Shown here: positions 30,596 to 42,815 of the stretch, in pieces
How positions within the stretch are numbered: the stretch's first letter is position 1
How the letters are laid out: each line of letters opens with the position of its first letter
Source: Macrostomum lignano
Lineage: Eukaryota
DNA length: 64,000 nucleotides
Assembly: GCA_002269645.1 (NCBI GenBank)
Contig: NIVC01000033.1
Location: 733,335-797,334, forward strand
Reading direction: 5' to 3'
Notes under the pieces: generated by a model
What the model was told of the DNA's origin: nothing
The model's database searches: none
The model's input: only the letters and a program-made list of their open reading frames with translations
Program-made: the position numbers and the translations under genes

Positions 30596-33062
30596 ACTGA
30601 GCTGGGACTGCTGCCGACTCTGTAATCTCTGTGCTCGCCGCCACTCGCTTCTCTTTTTCGTTCAGGTGAAAATTGCCTGCACTGCTGGCTTGCGCAACTC
30701 CAGTTTTTATATCGGTCAGCGGGCGGTGCGTAGGACGGCAGAGCCTCTCACGCGCGGACTGCGGGGTCACGGGCGAACTGCATTGTATTCCGCTTGATAA
30801 CGATAATGAGTAGGGGGGAGCAGGCTCGGTCTGTCTTGATATGCGCAGGCAGGTGTCACAGCCAGATCAAGCGTCTCGAACTTTAAGTAAATAGGGAAAG
30901 AAAGTGTTATAAAACACACACAATTGCGTGAAGCGGTGTTACATTTTTTACAGCACAATGGCATATTGAAATATAATCTGCTAGGGTTGAGCAATGACAC
31001 ACCCCTGTCACTTGAGGTCATCAGACACCTATTCGAATCGATAGTAGCAGAGTTTGGCTTGGTGTTTGCTGTGGCAACCATGGGGTTCGATTTTTTATCA
31101 CCCACACTTTAGCCTATCTAGTACTTATAGAAACAAGTGCATTATAATCAAGCACATCTGTCTGCGGAAGACGCCGTGTCGCATTAATGGACATGTGTCA
31201 CATTTGAACTCTCACCTGCCTGCCGCGCCTCAGATTGTACGAGTTGCGATTAACTTGGCTACATATCTATAATGCCACGTTCTCGTTCGGGCAAACTCGG
31301 TGGTCTCCGATCGTGAAGTATTCAACTGGTGCCCACTCTAAATCTGGAACTTCGAAGGGCATTACAGAGCTTATGACTTTTGCTAATCTTACGGACTGGT
31401 TTTAGAAAGTCCTTATAGCGACGGATTTAGTCAGAGGTCGTTCTGATAGTCTTTACTGGAAACCATGCAATTGCTGGAAATCCCAAAGAGAATACGAGAG
31501 AATGCAGCGGCTAATTTAAAACTATCGCAGGCTTACTGAAGACCCACCCACCAACCGAGTCACCAACCGAGCTGCACCGTACCGCCGTGCCGTCTAAGCG
31601 ACCTGCTGTGCCGTGTCTGCTGGCAGGTCGCTTTCCCCAACTCCGTGTCGCACTGCCCACAGCCTGTGCAGCAGGTGCTGTCGCTGATGCTGCAAGCAGC
31701 TCTACCAACGAGGAAAGGTGTGCACTCTGTGATTCGGTAACAGTCTGCGTGGCTATTTCGTGCTCAGGTCCGAGTCACGCACCGTGGAGCTTTTTAACCC
31801 TTACCCTAACCTCTGAATTGCACTTTTGTGCGGACTTTTCTGATGAATCAATGAAAGGGTAGTTCACTCAGCGTAGTCGTGCATCATTTTTAGCAGGCGA
31901 ACCAAGGCCGTCTGGAGTGGAATGGCTTCATGGGAATTCTCCGTTCACGAGCAGCCAGCATGCGTAAGTAGTTTTTCACGGGCAGATAACACGCACCTGG
32001 GGCAGTGCGAGAAGCCACCCCAGGCCGCAATGCGTGCTCTCAAGTTTTCACTTCATTCTTAGTAGATCATAAAATTTTATTACACACAGTGAGCTAGAGG
32101 TGCCACAGCCAGCCTGAATACCTGGCTTCCCTAGTCATTAATAAAAAATCACAAAGGACCGGCTCAGAGCGCGTGCTACCGATTAAAAATACAATTAACT
32201 GTTTATTCAACAGCATTTTTGATTTTGAAAGAATCATTTAAAAGTTTGGTTGCACTGACTTCGCTTTGGCGGCAAAATAGTCATGAAAGGCACTGAGCCG
32301 TGCATTAAATTTAGCTGGTGTCATAAAAAATAGTTCGCGTGCACCCACCACTCGACACCTGAATCCGGCATGAGGCATATAGCTAGCGTGCATTTGAAAA
32401 AGTTATTATTGATGAAAAGTAAGACTACGACGTGACATAACTCAAGCCCGTGCTTGGCATGTCCCAGAGACCTTCGGTGTCTTCAATACAGGGTGCGGCC
32501 GCAGTGTTGGGTGTACACCCCACCCAACACTTACTGACCTCTATCTGTCATTTTTCACACTGGCTTATTACATTCAAAAAGCAAACTGCGGTTTCCCCAC
32601 TAAATTATAACTTTTTTCTTTGAATACGACGCAGAAATTTTAATTCGGTTTGCCTTATCATCGACTGAGGCTCCGTGTTCTCTTACCTGCCTATCAATCA
32701 ACATAGCAAGACCCTTCAAGCTAGTTAACTGTGAATGGGAACGGTTGAATATTAAGTTAATTAGGCACTTGCTACAAAGCTTTATAGTTCAATTCAAGGG
32801 CACCTTTGGTCACTTGTTGCCTTGGCAAGTATAAGGCAATTGCATAGTTGTATTAGTGATTCTCGAACAACTTTTACTAACAGAATTAAGGCACAAGATG
32901 AATGTTCCCGAAAAGTTGACGCGCTGTTGCCCGCCCAATGACTCGCCTGCCGTTATCGCTTGTTTCGTGATCATTGTCATCTTGATTTCCTAGAAAAACC
33001 AACCCGAACGACGCAGACGCTGAGCCAAACCAGGTGGCTGAAGGTCGCGGCGGAATTAAGGT

Positions 33063-33560
33063 CAATGAAAGCTCCTTCGACATGTTGTGGCAAACGGTTT
33101 CCTAGGCAATGGAAGTTCATTCGACATGTTGTAGCAAACAGTTTCCTAGGCAATGGAAGTTTATTTGAAATGTTGTAGCAAATGGTTTCCTAGTCAATGA
33201 CAGCTCATTCGACATGTTGTGGCAAACGGTTTCCTAGGCAATGGAAGCTCCTTCGACATGTTGCATCCAACGGTTTCCTGGTCAATGGAAGCTCCTTCGA
33301 CATGTTGTAGCGAACGGTTTCCTAGTCAATGGAAGCTCATTCGACATGTTGCATCCAACGGTTTCCTGGTCAATGGAAGCTCATTCGACATGTTGTAGCG
33401 AACGGTTTCCTAGTCAATGGAAGCTCATTCGACATGTTGTAGCGAACGGTTTCCTAGTCAATGGAAGCTCATTCGACATGTTGCATCCAACGGTTTCCTG
33501 GTCAATGGAAGCTCATTCGACATGTTGTAGCGAACGGTTTCCTGGTCAATGGAAGCTCTA
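33063..33560 (+). repeat. 44-bp minisatellite, ~11 copies
   Basis: AATGGAAGCTCATTCGACATGTTG(TAGCG/CATCC)AACGGTTTCCT(A/G)GTC. Confidence 0.95.
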
Positions 33561-34184
33561 ACAATGGTATCTCGAAAAAAGAATCAACACTTCTCATGAC
33601 TCGATGTTCAGAGGCACCATCGCCCATGCCTATGCCATGACCAAATCCGATACTGTGCTACACTGCTGTATAATACGAGCGTACCAGGTAGTATTTCAGT
33701 GCAAGCGATCAAGCGATCGAAGTTCGAACTGTGTTTTTCCTTGCTCACACAATTAGAAACAGTAAAATACGAGTATGTCATTCAAAAGGGTGGGAAGCAG
33801 ATGAATCTAAATGTGACTAAGGTCACTGTCGGTACTGTTTGAATTGCATGTATCTCGTGCATGTATGTAGTAGCTACTCAGAAAACCCAACCTGAACTGA
33901 TTCTGTGACGCGGCAACAGTTGAGACCAATTTAGCTCGTAGATAAATCGTTGAACAATGTCAGTAATGCGACCCTTGTTGCACAATAAAGCGCCTGGATC
34001 ACACTTATGCATAACAAAAATTTAAAATCCTGTAAAGTCTACCATAACACGGCCCGTCAGAAAGCGGTCAGTAGACTTTATGCAATCAGAGCAACAAGAA
34101 GCTTAATGCTGACTGAGCGTTCGTACTCAAAGTAGGGCAGGGCAAAAAGCGAACTTTTTATTATTTTACGGACAAATACTAAAC

Positions 34185-34299
34185 GCGCCTGCCCTTGCCG
34201 GTAGGCCAGCGTCTGCAGCAGCACCTCCTGCTCCGGCTGTGGGCAGTGCGACTCGGCGCTGATGATGTAGCCTGCCAGCTGGAGTCGCTGACGGCGCAA
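34185..34299 (-). mobile_element. Fragment of an RTE-like LINE reverse transcriptase C-terminus
   Basis: RRQRLQLAGY..SAESHCPQPEQEVLL; a related SHCPQPVQQVL occurs at ~31650 (+). Confidence 0.4.
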
Positions 34300-34361
34300 T
34301 AGGTCGCTTGATCCGTGACTCTATGAATACGATTAACTCTCGATTGGTTCAACTGGTACTA

Positions 34362-34802
34362 GTAGACAGGCAACTTGTACTAGTAGACATGCAACTTGTA
34401 CTAGTAGACAGGCAACTTGTACTAGTAGACAGGCAACTTGTACTAGTAGACATAGGCAACTTGTACTAGTAGACATGGGCAACTTGTACTAGTAGACATA
34501 GGCAACTTGTACTAGTAGACAGGCAACTTGTACTAGTAGACAGGCAACTTGTACTAATAGACAGGCAACTTGTACTAGTAGACATAGACAACTTGTACTA
34601 GTAGACATAGACAACTTGTACTAGTAGACATAGACAACTTGTACTAGTAGACATAGGCAACTTGTACTAGTAGACAGGCAACTTGTACTAGTAGACATAG
34701 ACAACTTGTACTAGTAGACATAGGCAACTTGTACTAGTACACATAGGCAACTTGTACTAGTACACATAGGCAACTTGTACTAGTACACATAGGCAACTTG
34801 TA
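34362..34802 (+). repeat. 20/22-bp minisatellite (CAACTTGTACTAGTAGACA[TA]GG)
   Basis: Seen directly. Confidence 0.95.
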
Positions 34803-35205
34803 CTATAGCATTTCCCGGTCAATTTGGTCCTAGAATCACTCAATTTAATCCGCAATAGAGAATTCCAATTCATTCCGCCGTCACTAGAGATATGTCTATG
34901 GCCAAATATGATGTTTCGTTCCACTCAATTTAATCCGGGGGCACTAATTTCGCGTATTTATTTTCCTGATTTCCTTCTCTCTCAGCAGTGACAAAGCTGG
35001 CGCTAATTTCCGAGTCACTCATTCTTGCTTATTAACGGCTTTAAAAATAAATACGCGAATTAAGTGCCCCAGGATTAAATTGAGTGGAACGAAACAGCAT
35101 ATTTGGCCATAGACATATCTCTAGTGACGGCGGAATGAATTGGAATTCTCTATTGCGGATTAAATTGAGTGATTCTAGGACCAAATTGACCGGGAAATGC
35201 TATAG
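34803..35205. mobile_element. MITE with ~160-bp TIRs and probable TA TSD
   Basis: CTATAGCATTTCCCGG...CCGGGAAATGCTATAG, nearly perfect arms, TA on both sides. Confidence 0.85.
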
Positions 35206-36047
35206 TAGACTAGACATCCCGTGGAGTCGCCGCGTGGCAAGTGCTCTTACCTTCTAAATGCACAATACCGTGAAAAAACTATTGTAACTAAAGCACTGCA
35301 CGGACTATTCTTGTCAAACTATTTAAGAATGGATACTCCAATCTACCACAGAGTTCGCACTGCTAAAACCAGACACGCAGCGACCGCATGTCAAATATCA
35401 GTCTCAGGTTGACCAGGAACGCTTGTATTTGTCTCTGTGCACCAGTACACCGTGCACCGTGTATTAAAAAGCTGAACGAGGACCTACGCGTAGAGCTATT
35501 TTGAGCTTTCCAGCCAGACCTTTATCGCAAGCGTAAGCCATAAGCAGGTTTTTTCCGATCAGCAAACGTTTAATAAGTACAGACAGAGAAGTAGAAGGCA
35601 TGAGGGGGCTTTTGGGACAAAATTTTTCACGTCCTCCATAATCCCATTAAATCCATCCATATTATCCCTGACAGAATCAGAAAAAAGGGGGGTCGCACTC
35701 GCTCACAAAACGTCCTCCATAATCCCATTAAATCCATCCATATTATCCCTGACAGAATCATGAAAAAGGGGAGGGGCCGCACTTGCTCCGAAAACTTCGA
35801 ACATAATCCCATTAAATCCATCCATATTATCCCTGACAGAATCAGAGCAGGTGTCCACTGATACCTGTTATGCTCACTGACACAGACATAATCCACTAAC
35901 ATCCACCCATAGCATCTTCGAAACAATCTGAAAATAATCTGTATTCTTTTCCCCACATTCAATCCGCAACGTGCTACCAGATCCCAAAGACTTTAAATCA
36001 TCAGCGCAGGGTCCTTACCCTTTGAAAAAAATAAATTCTTAATAAAA

Positions 36048-36290
36048 ATGTTTCCAGTTGTCTCTCCAGGTTCCTATTATACTCAGCCTCATCCATTGTA
36101 CAAATCCAAGTACCAATGCAAACTTGAATGCAGCGAATACATGAGAAAATATTGGCCTGGCGTTGATATCAATGTCCCTAATATTAATCTAGCTCTCCAA
36201 AGACACTGGTTTCATAAGTATGGAGTAACCTATGTAAAAGATTACGACAGCTACTATAACTTTGCAGAAATCATTAAGCAATTGCGTTAA
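36048..36290 (+). CDS. TIR-encoded 80-aa orphan protein (copy 3)
   Basis: Homolog of 1834-2073. Confidence 0.7.
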   Translation: MFPVVSPGSYYTQPHPLYKSKYQCKLECSEYMRKYWPGVDINVPNINLALQRHWFHKYGVTYVKDYDSYYNFAEIIKQLR

Positions 36291-36423
36291 AAAACCGAAA
36301 GGCCAAAAAGCCAAAAGGCCAAAAGGCCAAAAGGCCAAAACCCTTTTCATTTTGGCCTTGCGCGAGGCCGAAATCGTTTGCATTCTGGCCTTCCCTCGAG
36401 ACGGAATTCTTCCTCGGCTGGGC

Positions 36424-36939
36424 TCAGTTAAAGTGAAAATCTCTCTCCCCCACGCGCGCTCTCTCTACCCCCATATCTTTCAAGAGCCTTCCCAATTCAT
36501 TGTTAGGAGCGCACAAAATAAACCCTGCTCCCGAGCACACCGTGCACCCGCCCTCTCTCCCCAAACACCCACCCTCAGCGCCCATTCCTAATCCCAACTT
36601 TGCCTTACTAAAAATAACAGCTTTAACTAGCTTCCGAGCGATCGATTCCTTCCACCCGCTTGAAGCCCCTATATTGTCTAGTCTCCTAAGCATTTCTTTG
36701 TCCCAGCGATTCTTCTCCTCAGGAAAATCTCTATATTTAACGTCATGCCACATGCAGACAGAGTCTAGCTCGTTCACAGGCTCGTGCCCAGGATTTGGAT
36801 TATTGTTTTTATCTAACTGTATTTCAAGTGGATTCAAAGGCCCGCAATATTTATAGCCGGGAAGTGTCCAGCCTTTGTTTGGATGAGGAAGCTTTTCTAT
36901 CAGTCCATGTGAATCTATTTTACCACCAGAGCGCTGCAT
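36424..36939 (-). CDS. Parvovirus-like PLA2 domain protein
   Basis: PGYKYCGP, HDVKY; C-terminus altered by the deletion junction. Confidence 0.85.
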   Translation of the reverse strand: MQRSGGKIDSHGLIEKLPHPNKGWTLPGYKYCGPLNPLEIQLDKNNNPNPGHEPVNELDSVCMWHDVKYRDFPEEKNRWDKEMLRRLDNIGASSGWKESIARKLVKAVIFSKAKLGLGMGAEGGCLGREGGCTVCSGAGFILCAPNNELGRLLKDMGVERARVGERDFHFN

Positions 36940-36969
36940 TATTTTATTTTAAATTTTCTTTTTAAATAA

Positions 36970-37929
36970 ATGACAGATCAGAAACTTAAAAAACTCTACT
37001 ACAGCGACAAAGGATTCTTTGTAGGCAAAAATGCCGTTAGTAAACTCATGGAGCTGAGTAAGGAACCAAAAGCTACAGTAGAAAAATGGCTCTCTAAGCA
37101 GGCTGTCTTTCAAGTCTATTTCCCACCAGTAAAATTTGAAAGGCCCCATTTCAGTATTTATAAACCTAATGAGGCGCACTAAGCAGATCTTCTGTTTCTC
37201 CCCAATGACTCGGGCTACAAGTATGCTCTCACAGTAATAGACATTGCTTCCAGATATAAGGAAGCTCGCCCACTCAAGACGAAGAAGTCAGAGGTTGTTG
37301 CCAGCGCACTGCAAGATATTTATAAAAACTCTCCGCTCACACACCCCCAAACCCTTATGACCGACCCGGGTAAGGAATTCATGGGTGCAGTGAAATCCCT
37401 TATGGAAAAGAAAAACACAGAGATTCGCTATGGCAGAACAAACTTGCACAGAGACCAGGCTTTTGTGGAAAGATTCAATCTAACTCTAGCCAAGAGGCTA
37501 TTCACTAAGCAGACAGCTGAAGAGCTGAAACTAAAAAGTGGTCAGTACTATTCAAAATGGACAGACCGCCTCCCCACTGTTATAGAACAACTGAACAATG
37601 AAGTCACGCGCATGACTGGATTGAAACCATCCCATGCAATTAAACAAGACACTGTCGAACTTAAGTCATCTCATAGAACAGACAACAACACGACAACCCC
37701 ACACAACACACACAACACAAAACACACCTTGAACTACCCTAAGCTTCCAGGAGTTGAATCACCATATATACTGACAAACTCTGAGTTTCTACGCTTTTTA
37801 TATCTACCTGGAGAGCTAGAGAAGGACACCAAAAGAAGAGCTACAGATCCATACTTCAGCCTTGATGTACATAAAATAGACAGACATTTTACCTCCGACT
37901 CCGAAAAAATTATAAAACTATCCGGTTGA
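36970..37929 (+). pseudogene. c-integrase with CAA>TAA nonsense (37180-37182) and 3' truncation at ~37902
   Basis: Nearly identical to the E1 integrase until FTSDS. Confidence 0.92.
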
Positions 37930-37974
37930 AAGATCTGTTTTCTTTTTGATAATTCCATCTGCACCGCCGGTTGT

Positions 37975-38784
37975 CTAGGCGGCTCTCGTGACGCCGGAGG
38001 ATCGCGAGTCCAGCAGGCAGCGGCTGGGCGGCTGACGTTTGAGAGCGTGCCGGATTACTCCGGCGGGGTCCAGAGCTCCTTCTACTCGATCTGTAGACAT
38101 GACCGGACGAGCAGTAGATTCTGCTTCATCAATAGCAATATCACGAAGATTGAGTGTTCTCTCCAGACGATTAAGCCTCCTTATTATTTTACCCCAAGAG
38201 CTATACATTCCGTTTAGATAGCTCCTGTGTGATACATCGTTTCTCTCTAATGCATCAAGTCTTTCTTTAATTCTATCATGCAACGCTGTTGACTGGTTCA
38301 TGAACTCTTCTAAATTATTGACTTTAACTGTGTTGGTTGCGACGTTTTCTTTAATTCTATCATGCAATGCTGTTGACTGGTTCATGAACTCTTCTAAATT
38401 ATTCACTTTAGCTGTGTTTGTGAAAACTCCTCCTTCAAGAATACGCATCCGTCTATCAATGGAATTTCCCAGAAGATTAACTGATGATCTCAAGCCGTTG
38501 ATTAGCGAGACTATCGAAGTTATTTCTGACCTTAGTTCATTAGTTGCGTTTAACAACGGCACATAAAGCTTATCACTTTCAAACTTCTGCCTAGCTACTT
38601 TAAGCCTGAGATCTTCCATGTTTATTTGCAACTGGTGCATGGAGCGCTCTAATTGTTTCAGTCTGTTTTTATTCAGTTTGATCTCTGGGATCTCTTCATC
38701 AGTGTTAATGTAGCGCTTATCAAGGAAGGAAGTTGTGAGAGTGCTGTTGCCTGTAGTTGACTCACCTGCAAAATTTACTGACAT
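37975..38784 (-). CDS. Coiled-coil (fibre-like) protein
   Basis: Homolog of 7019-7759 with a divergent C-terminus. Confidence 0.7.
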   Translation of the reverse strand: MSVNFAGESTTGNSTLTTSFLDKRYINTDEEIPEIKLNKNRLKQLERSMHQLQINMEDLRLKVARQKFESDKLYVPLLNATNELRSEITSIVSLINGLRSSVNLLGNSIDRRMRILEGGVFTNTAKVNNLEEFMNQSTALHDRIKENVATNTVKVNNLEEFMNQSTALHDRIKERLDALERNDVSHRSYLNGMYSSWGKIIRRLNRLERTLNLRDIAIDEAESTARPVMSTDRVEGALDPAGVIRHALKRQPPSRCLLDSRSSGVTRAA

Positions 38785-38800
38785 TTTTTTAAATAAAAAA

Positions 38801-39601
38801 TTAAAGTAAAATTCTTTTCTCCTTATTAATCATGACAAACTGATAGGGTTGGTTCCACTTTTCATAGCATATGTTAACAAATTCCTCCTGTGATATTGTT
38901 CTGTTAGAGTTCTTAGCTGGATATGTAATGTGAGCTGGGGCAATGACCTCATTATAAAATCGTTTCAGTCGATCCTGTGGTATGGTTTGGAAAAGGAGAA
39001 TCAAATTACAGTTACCTCTAATTGTTTTATTTGGCAGTTCAAACCAGTTTTGGGCAATGTAAATAACATTGCAGTTATTGTGTCTACCCCGGGTGAAATA
39101 ATTTTCTATCTGTTTCTGGGGACCGGTCATGCAGTCATCAAAGACAATCAGGTGCTTTCTCCCCTTTTCTAGTTCATCAGGTTGAGGTAAGAGTTTAGTT
39201 TTAGGATCTATCTGTGGATCTCCATAAGTGAAAACTTTAATGTTTTGCCATTTTTCATTGTTTGGGATGTGCTTTGCGTATTCAGTGGCTACAACTTCCG
39301 GGTTGCTGTTGAGGTCTTTTTGATGTCTAAAACATTGAATAATATCTTCCTTGTTGAGTTTGTTCTGTAGGCCCGCTACTAGCATTTTATACTCATCTTG
39401 ATACAGAGTGGGTGAATAGATATGTAGTGTGTCACAATCGAGGAATCCAGGTCTGAGGAGCATGTTAAAAACTCTGAAGGTTTTCCCTGACCCAGATGAG
39501 CCAACAACAATGCATCGGAAGTGCCTTGGAATTATCTCGTTGTGAGCAAATTTTATCTGATTGCGTGTCCAGTGGGGATGAAAGTCGTTTGTGAAGTCCA
39601 T
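38801..39601 (-). CDS. A32/FtsK-like packaging ATPase, intact
   Basis: GSSGSGKT, LIVFDD, RGRH. Confidence 0.93.
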   Translation of the reverse strand: MDFTNDFHPHWTRNQIKFAHNEIIPRHFRCIVVGSSGSGKTFRVFNMLLRPGFLDCDTLHIYSPTLYQDEYKMLVAGLQNKLNKEDIIQCFRHQKDLNSNPEVVATEYAKHIPNNEKWQNIKVFTYGDPQIDPKTKLLPQPDELEKGRKHLIVFDDCMTGPQKQIENYFTRGRHNNCNVIYIAQNWFELPNKTIRGNCNLILLFQTIPQDRLKRFYNEVIAPAHITYPAKNSNRTISQEEFVNICYEKWNQPYQFVMINKEKRILL

Positions 39602-39639
39602 TTTTTTATGTAAAAAACTTTTTCTTTTTAAACTTGTGT

Positions 39640-39826
39640 ATTTAAGACGCGTGTGTCTTCTTTGCGGGATGTGTATGTGTGTGTCTCTTTACGGGATGTG
39701 TGTGTCTTTTTTCGGGTTGTGTGTCTCTTTGCGGGATGTGTATGTGTGTGTCTCTTTACGGGATGTGTGTGTCTTTTTTCGGGTTGTGTGTGTCTTTTTT
39801 TTCGGGTTGTGTGTGTCTTTTTTTGA
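39640..39826 (-). repeat. ~21-bp degenerate tandem repeat
   Basis: CCCGAAAAAAGACACACACA(T/A)-type units at the position equivalent to 5999-6168. Confidence 0.85.
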
Positions 39827-39888
39827 CTAGTCCTACATCCGACTAGTCCTACACCCTCACACCTCTTTTATCGTCAGGGTGCACCAAA

Positions 39889-40269
39889 TTAGTCAAATTT
39901 AAAACCGCCTCCTTTCTTATATTCAGCTCTCATCTTTGCGTAGATGGCTGGATCGACACTATCTGCACTCGGTGCAAGGGGTTGAATATCTGGTATTGAT
40001 TTCCGGGTTTCATTAACCGTATCTTTAATCTTCTTGGCTGCTGTGACTACACTGCCAGCCGCTTTGGCAACGTTCTTGATGTTCTCTTTGTTCTCTCCAA
40101 TGACCTTAAAAATCTTGGCCCCCTGAGCGATCAAATCGGCAAGACCGTTCCCTGAGCGTTCTTTTCTTGGATAGTGGCCTGCAGGGAATAGTCCAGATCC
40201 GCGTTTAATGAGATTAAGTTCCTCTTTGTCGTAGTATTTGTCAATGTCTTTTTCAAAAAGAATTGGCAT
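39889..40269 (-). CDS. Small putative core protein with GxG motifs
   Basis: Homolog of 5569-5973. Confidence 0.65.
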   Translation of the reverse strand: MPILFEKDIDKYYDKEELNLIKRGSGLFPAGHYPRKERSGNGLADLIAQGAKIFKVIGENKENIKNVAKAAGSVVTAAKKIKDTVNETRKSIPDIQPLAPSADSVDPAIYAKMRAEYKKGGGFKFD

Positions 40270-40285
40270 CTTTTTAAATAGAAAT

Positions 40286-41485
40286 TTATTTTTTGTTAAA
40301 CCGTGAAAGCAAAAGTTCTCTTGCTCTTTTATCGATATATTTTCTCTCAAGCATTTTGTCCAGGATGTTGACAAATTCTTTTCTATTCTCGTCTTTCATT
40401 CCGGTCTTTGCCGCTCCTAGAAGAACAGCTAACCGCTTGTAGAATTCAGGCATGCCTTTTCCGGAAGAGCTAGGCGGTGATTCGAATGATTGGTCAGAGT
40501 AGGAACTGTCATGTGGCGCTTGTCTTTGTTGAGGTGTGAATACTCTGTCATTGATTCGCTTCATTCGTTCTGGGGAGAACTGTTCTAATTGTCGCCAAGT
40601 ATCAGGGTTTGTATCTTTGTACTGGGAAATCTCATTTGGCCCTGCTTTTTCAAGCGCTTCTAGTACTTGTTCGGGTGTGATTTGTTGCTGTGGCGGTGGA
40701 GGTTGTTGTGGTTGTGTTTGTGTTTGTGGTTGCTGCTGTTGTGGTTGCTGTGGTTGTTGTGGTTGCTGCTGCTGTGGTTGTGGTTGTTGTCTTATGACCT
40801 CTTCTTGATCCGGCAAACCAAACCATTGTTGAAAGTATTTGTATTTTTTAAACCTGTTCAAGACAATCCCGTTTTCATGTAAAATTTTCAAAACACCGTC
40901 GTTCTTGAGCATATCTATATCCCTCTCTAAAGCGAAGGTAACAAGATCTTTGTAATTTTCAAACTGCTTTTTAGACGTTTTCTCTAGATTTTTAGTCATG
41001 TAGTCGAGTAAACTTTGAGTGAAGGGGATTCGTTTAGTTTCTGCGCCTTTATTGATTAAAATATTTTCCTTTGTCACTTCAATGTTGTAATCCGCCGGTT
41101 CCCCGGTAATATTTTTTCGCCAGGCGCTAATTCCAAAAATATATTTTCCATCATCCAATACGGGGCCAAAAAAGTTATCCGTCACTTTCATCTGCACCGG
41201 TTGTGCTTCTGGTTGTCCTGGTTGCTGAGCCTGTGGTTGTCCCGGTGAAGATGGGATTTTACCCAATGTGTTTTGCAACTGGCTCTCTTGAATATCATCA
41301 ACTGCTTCCTTCACAGTGTCGATGTTTTTCTTCGCTTCTGTGTATCCAGGTTTGTGAAACTCTGTGGCTGCTTGGACAAACTCATTGTAGGATTGTTGCT
41401 CCTTATTTATTAGCCCGGTAACTCGTTTCTCTGCTTGTGCTAGCTTCTCCAATTCAGATATCTGCTGTGTACTTTTTCGCTTCAT
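40286..41485 (-). CDS. Gln-rich conserved Polinton protein
   Basis: Homolog of 4335-5552. Confidence 0.75.
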   Translation of the reverse strand: MKRKSTQQISELEKLAQAEKRVTGLINKEQQSYNEFVQAATEFHKPGYTEAKKNIDTVKEAVDDIQESQLQNTLGKIPSSPGQPQAQQPGQPEAQPVQMKVTDNFFGPVLDDGKYIFGISAWRKNITGEPADYNIEVTKENILINKGAETKRIPFTQSLLDYMTKNLEKTSKKQFENYKDLVTFALERDIDMLKNDGVLKILHENGIVLNRFKKYKYFQQWFGLPDQEEVIRQQPQPQQQQPQQPQQPQQQQPQTQTQPQQPPPPQQQITPEQVLEALEKAGPNEISQYKDTNPDTWRQLEQFSPERMKRINDRVFTPQQRQAPHDSSYSDQSFESPPSSSGKGMPEFYKRLAVLLGAAKTGMKDENRKEFVNILDKMLERKYIDKRARELLLSRFNKK

Positions 41486-41515
41486 TTCTTATTTTATTTT
41501 ATTTTTAGTTAAAAA

Positions 41516-42802
41516 ATGAACGACCCACTGGCACCAGTTTTCTACAAAATTAACAAGCCTATTTTAAGTGATGATAGCACAATCAAAGCGACTCAGGTAA
41601 GAGTTCCCAGTCAGGAAAATCAGAATGAAACTAATCTTGGTCCAGGTCAAACACTGACATTCACTTACAATGGATGTTCGTCTCTGGTTAGTGTGCACAG
41701 TCTTAAGAGCGGCTTCCATATGACATTTCAATTCAAGACAAAAGGTGGTGCGGATGCGGCTCGTGCTAACGTTGACAAGCATGATGCGGATGTGGCTCTG
41801 ATCAGTAACTTTTGGGCGTACATGTTCAAGGAGTTTAGTGTATCGAATGGGAGCACTGAGTTGGAGCGAATCGCCAACTTTGGAATTGTCTATGACGCTC
41901 ATTGTTTGATCGAGAATCCTGATTTTATTCAGTTGGGAAGTGGTGCGGGTTTTATTGCAGATGAAAAAGAAGGAGACATCAATGACAGTGGCTATAAAAA
42001 GAGGAAGAAGAGATACAACTATGCATTGCAAGGTGCTGATGATGCTGCTAAGAACCCGCTGTATCGGTCTGTTGATGTATTTGTACCATTGAGATTCATG
42101 AGTGGATTCTGTAATACATTTAATCGACTGACTAGTAACTTTAGCTACACCTTTAAGATGACTAGAGATGATCGCAGTAGAGTGTTGTGGACTGGGGCGG
42201 ACCACACAAGGATGGAGGTGAAGCTAACCGGAATCGAGCTGTATTTGGAAGTCATTGAGCCAAAGACTGCACTAAAAGCGGATTATCTTAAGGCAATAGA
42301 GAAGGACATTGATGTTGCATACACAGCCCACATGTGTCGAGATGAGCGAAACGAAACTAGAACAAATATCTGCATTAAAGAGGGATCATGCAGCAATCCA
42401 AGGTATATTATTATTAACATGAGAAACCCAAATAGCATTATACGCTACATGCATGGAGATGTGCGGTCCATTCAGCGTGAAATCAGTGATAATCTTTACC
42501 CTGCACTGCCACAAAATGGAGATTTCAGTCAGAACAAGATTAGCAAATTTTACAGCGAGTTGGTTGACTTGGCTGTGAAAGAGAACAATGGAATTGCTAT
42601 CACTGCTCTTCAATATGGAACGCTATATCCAATGTTTGGCGCTGATGTGTCTGCCAGACAAATGCCTACTGATAACAGCCCTGTGAATATCGTGACTAAC
42701 ATTGAGAGGACTACCGCAACACCTGTGGACCTGTACATTATCTATGCATTTGAGAGGAAGGTGAAGCTTAACATGATCAACAATTTATCCAGTAAAGTTT
42801 AA
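41516..42802 (+). CDS. Putative major capsid protein (double jelly-roll), intact 428 aa
   Basis: Size, beta-rich composition, ELERIANFG motif and synteny with ATPase and penton; the fold is inferred, not computed. Confidence 0.8.
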   Translation: MNDPLAPVFYKINKPILSDDSTIKATQVRVPSQENQNETNLGPGQTLTFTYNGCSSLVSVHSLKSGFHMTFQFKTKGGADAARANVDKHDADVALISNFWAYMFKEFSVSNGSTELERIANFGIVYDAHCLIENPDFIQLGSGAGFIADEKEGDINDSGYKKRKKRYNYALQGADDAAKNPLYRSVDVFVPLRFMSGFCNTFNRLTSNFSYTFKMTRDDRSRVLWTGADHTRMEVKLTGIELYLEVIEPKTALKADYLKAIEKDIDVAYTAHMCRDERNETRTNICIKEGSCSNPRYIIINMRNPNSIIRYMHGDVRSIQREISDNLYPALPQNGDFSQNKISKFYSELVDLAVKENNGIAITALQYGTLYPMFGADVSARQMPTDNSPVNIVTNIERTTATPVDLYIIYAFERKVKLNMINNLSSKV

Positions 42803-42815
42803 ATATTTTTTTTAT

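Noticed and set aside
41564-42205. 213-aa antisense ORF and similar ones (3615-4022, 14588-14986, 30183-30563)
   Set aside because: Shadow ORFs opposite genuine coding regions, with no motifs.
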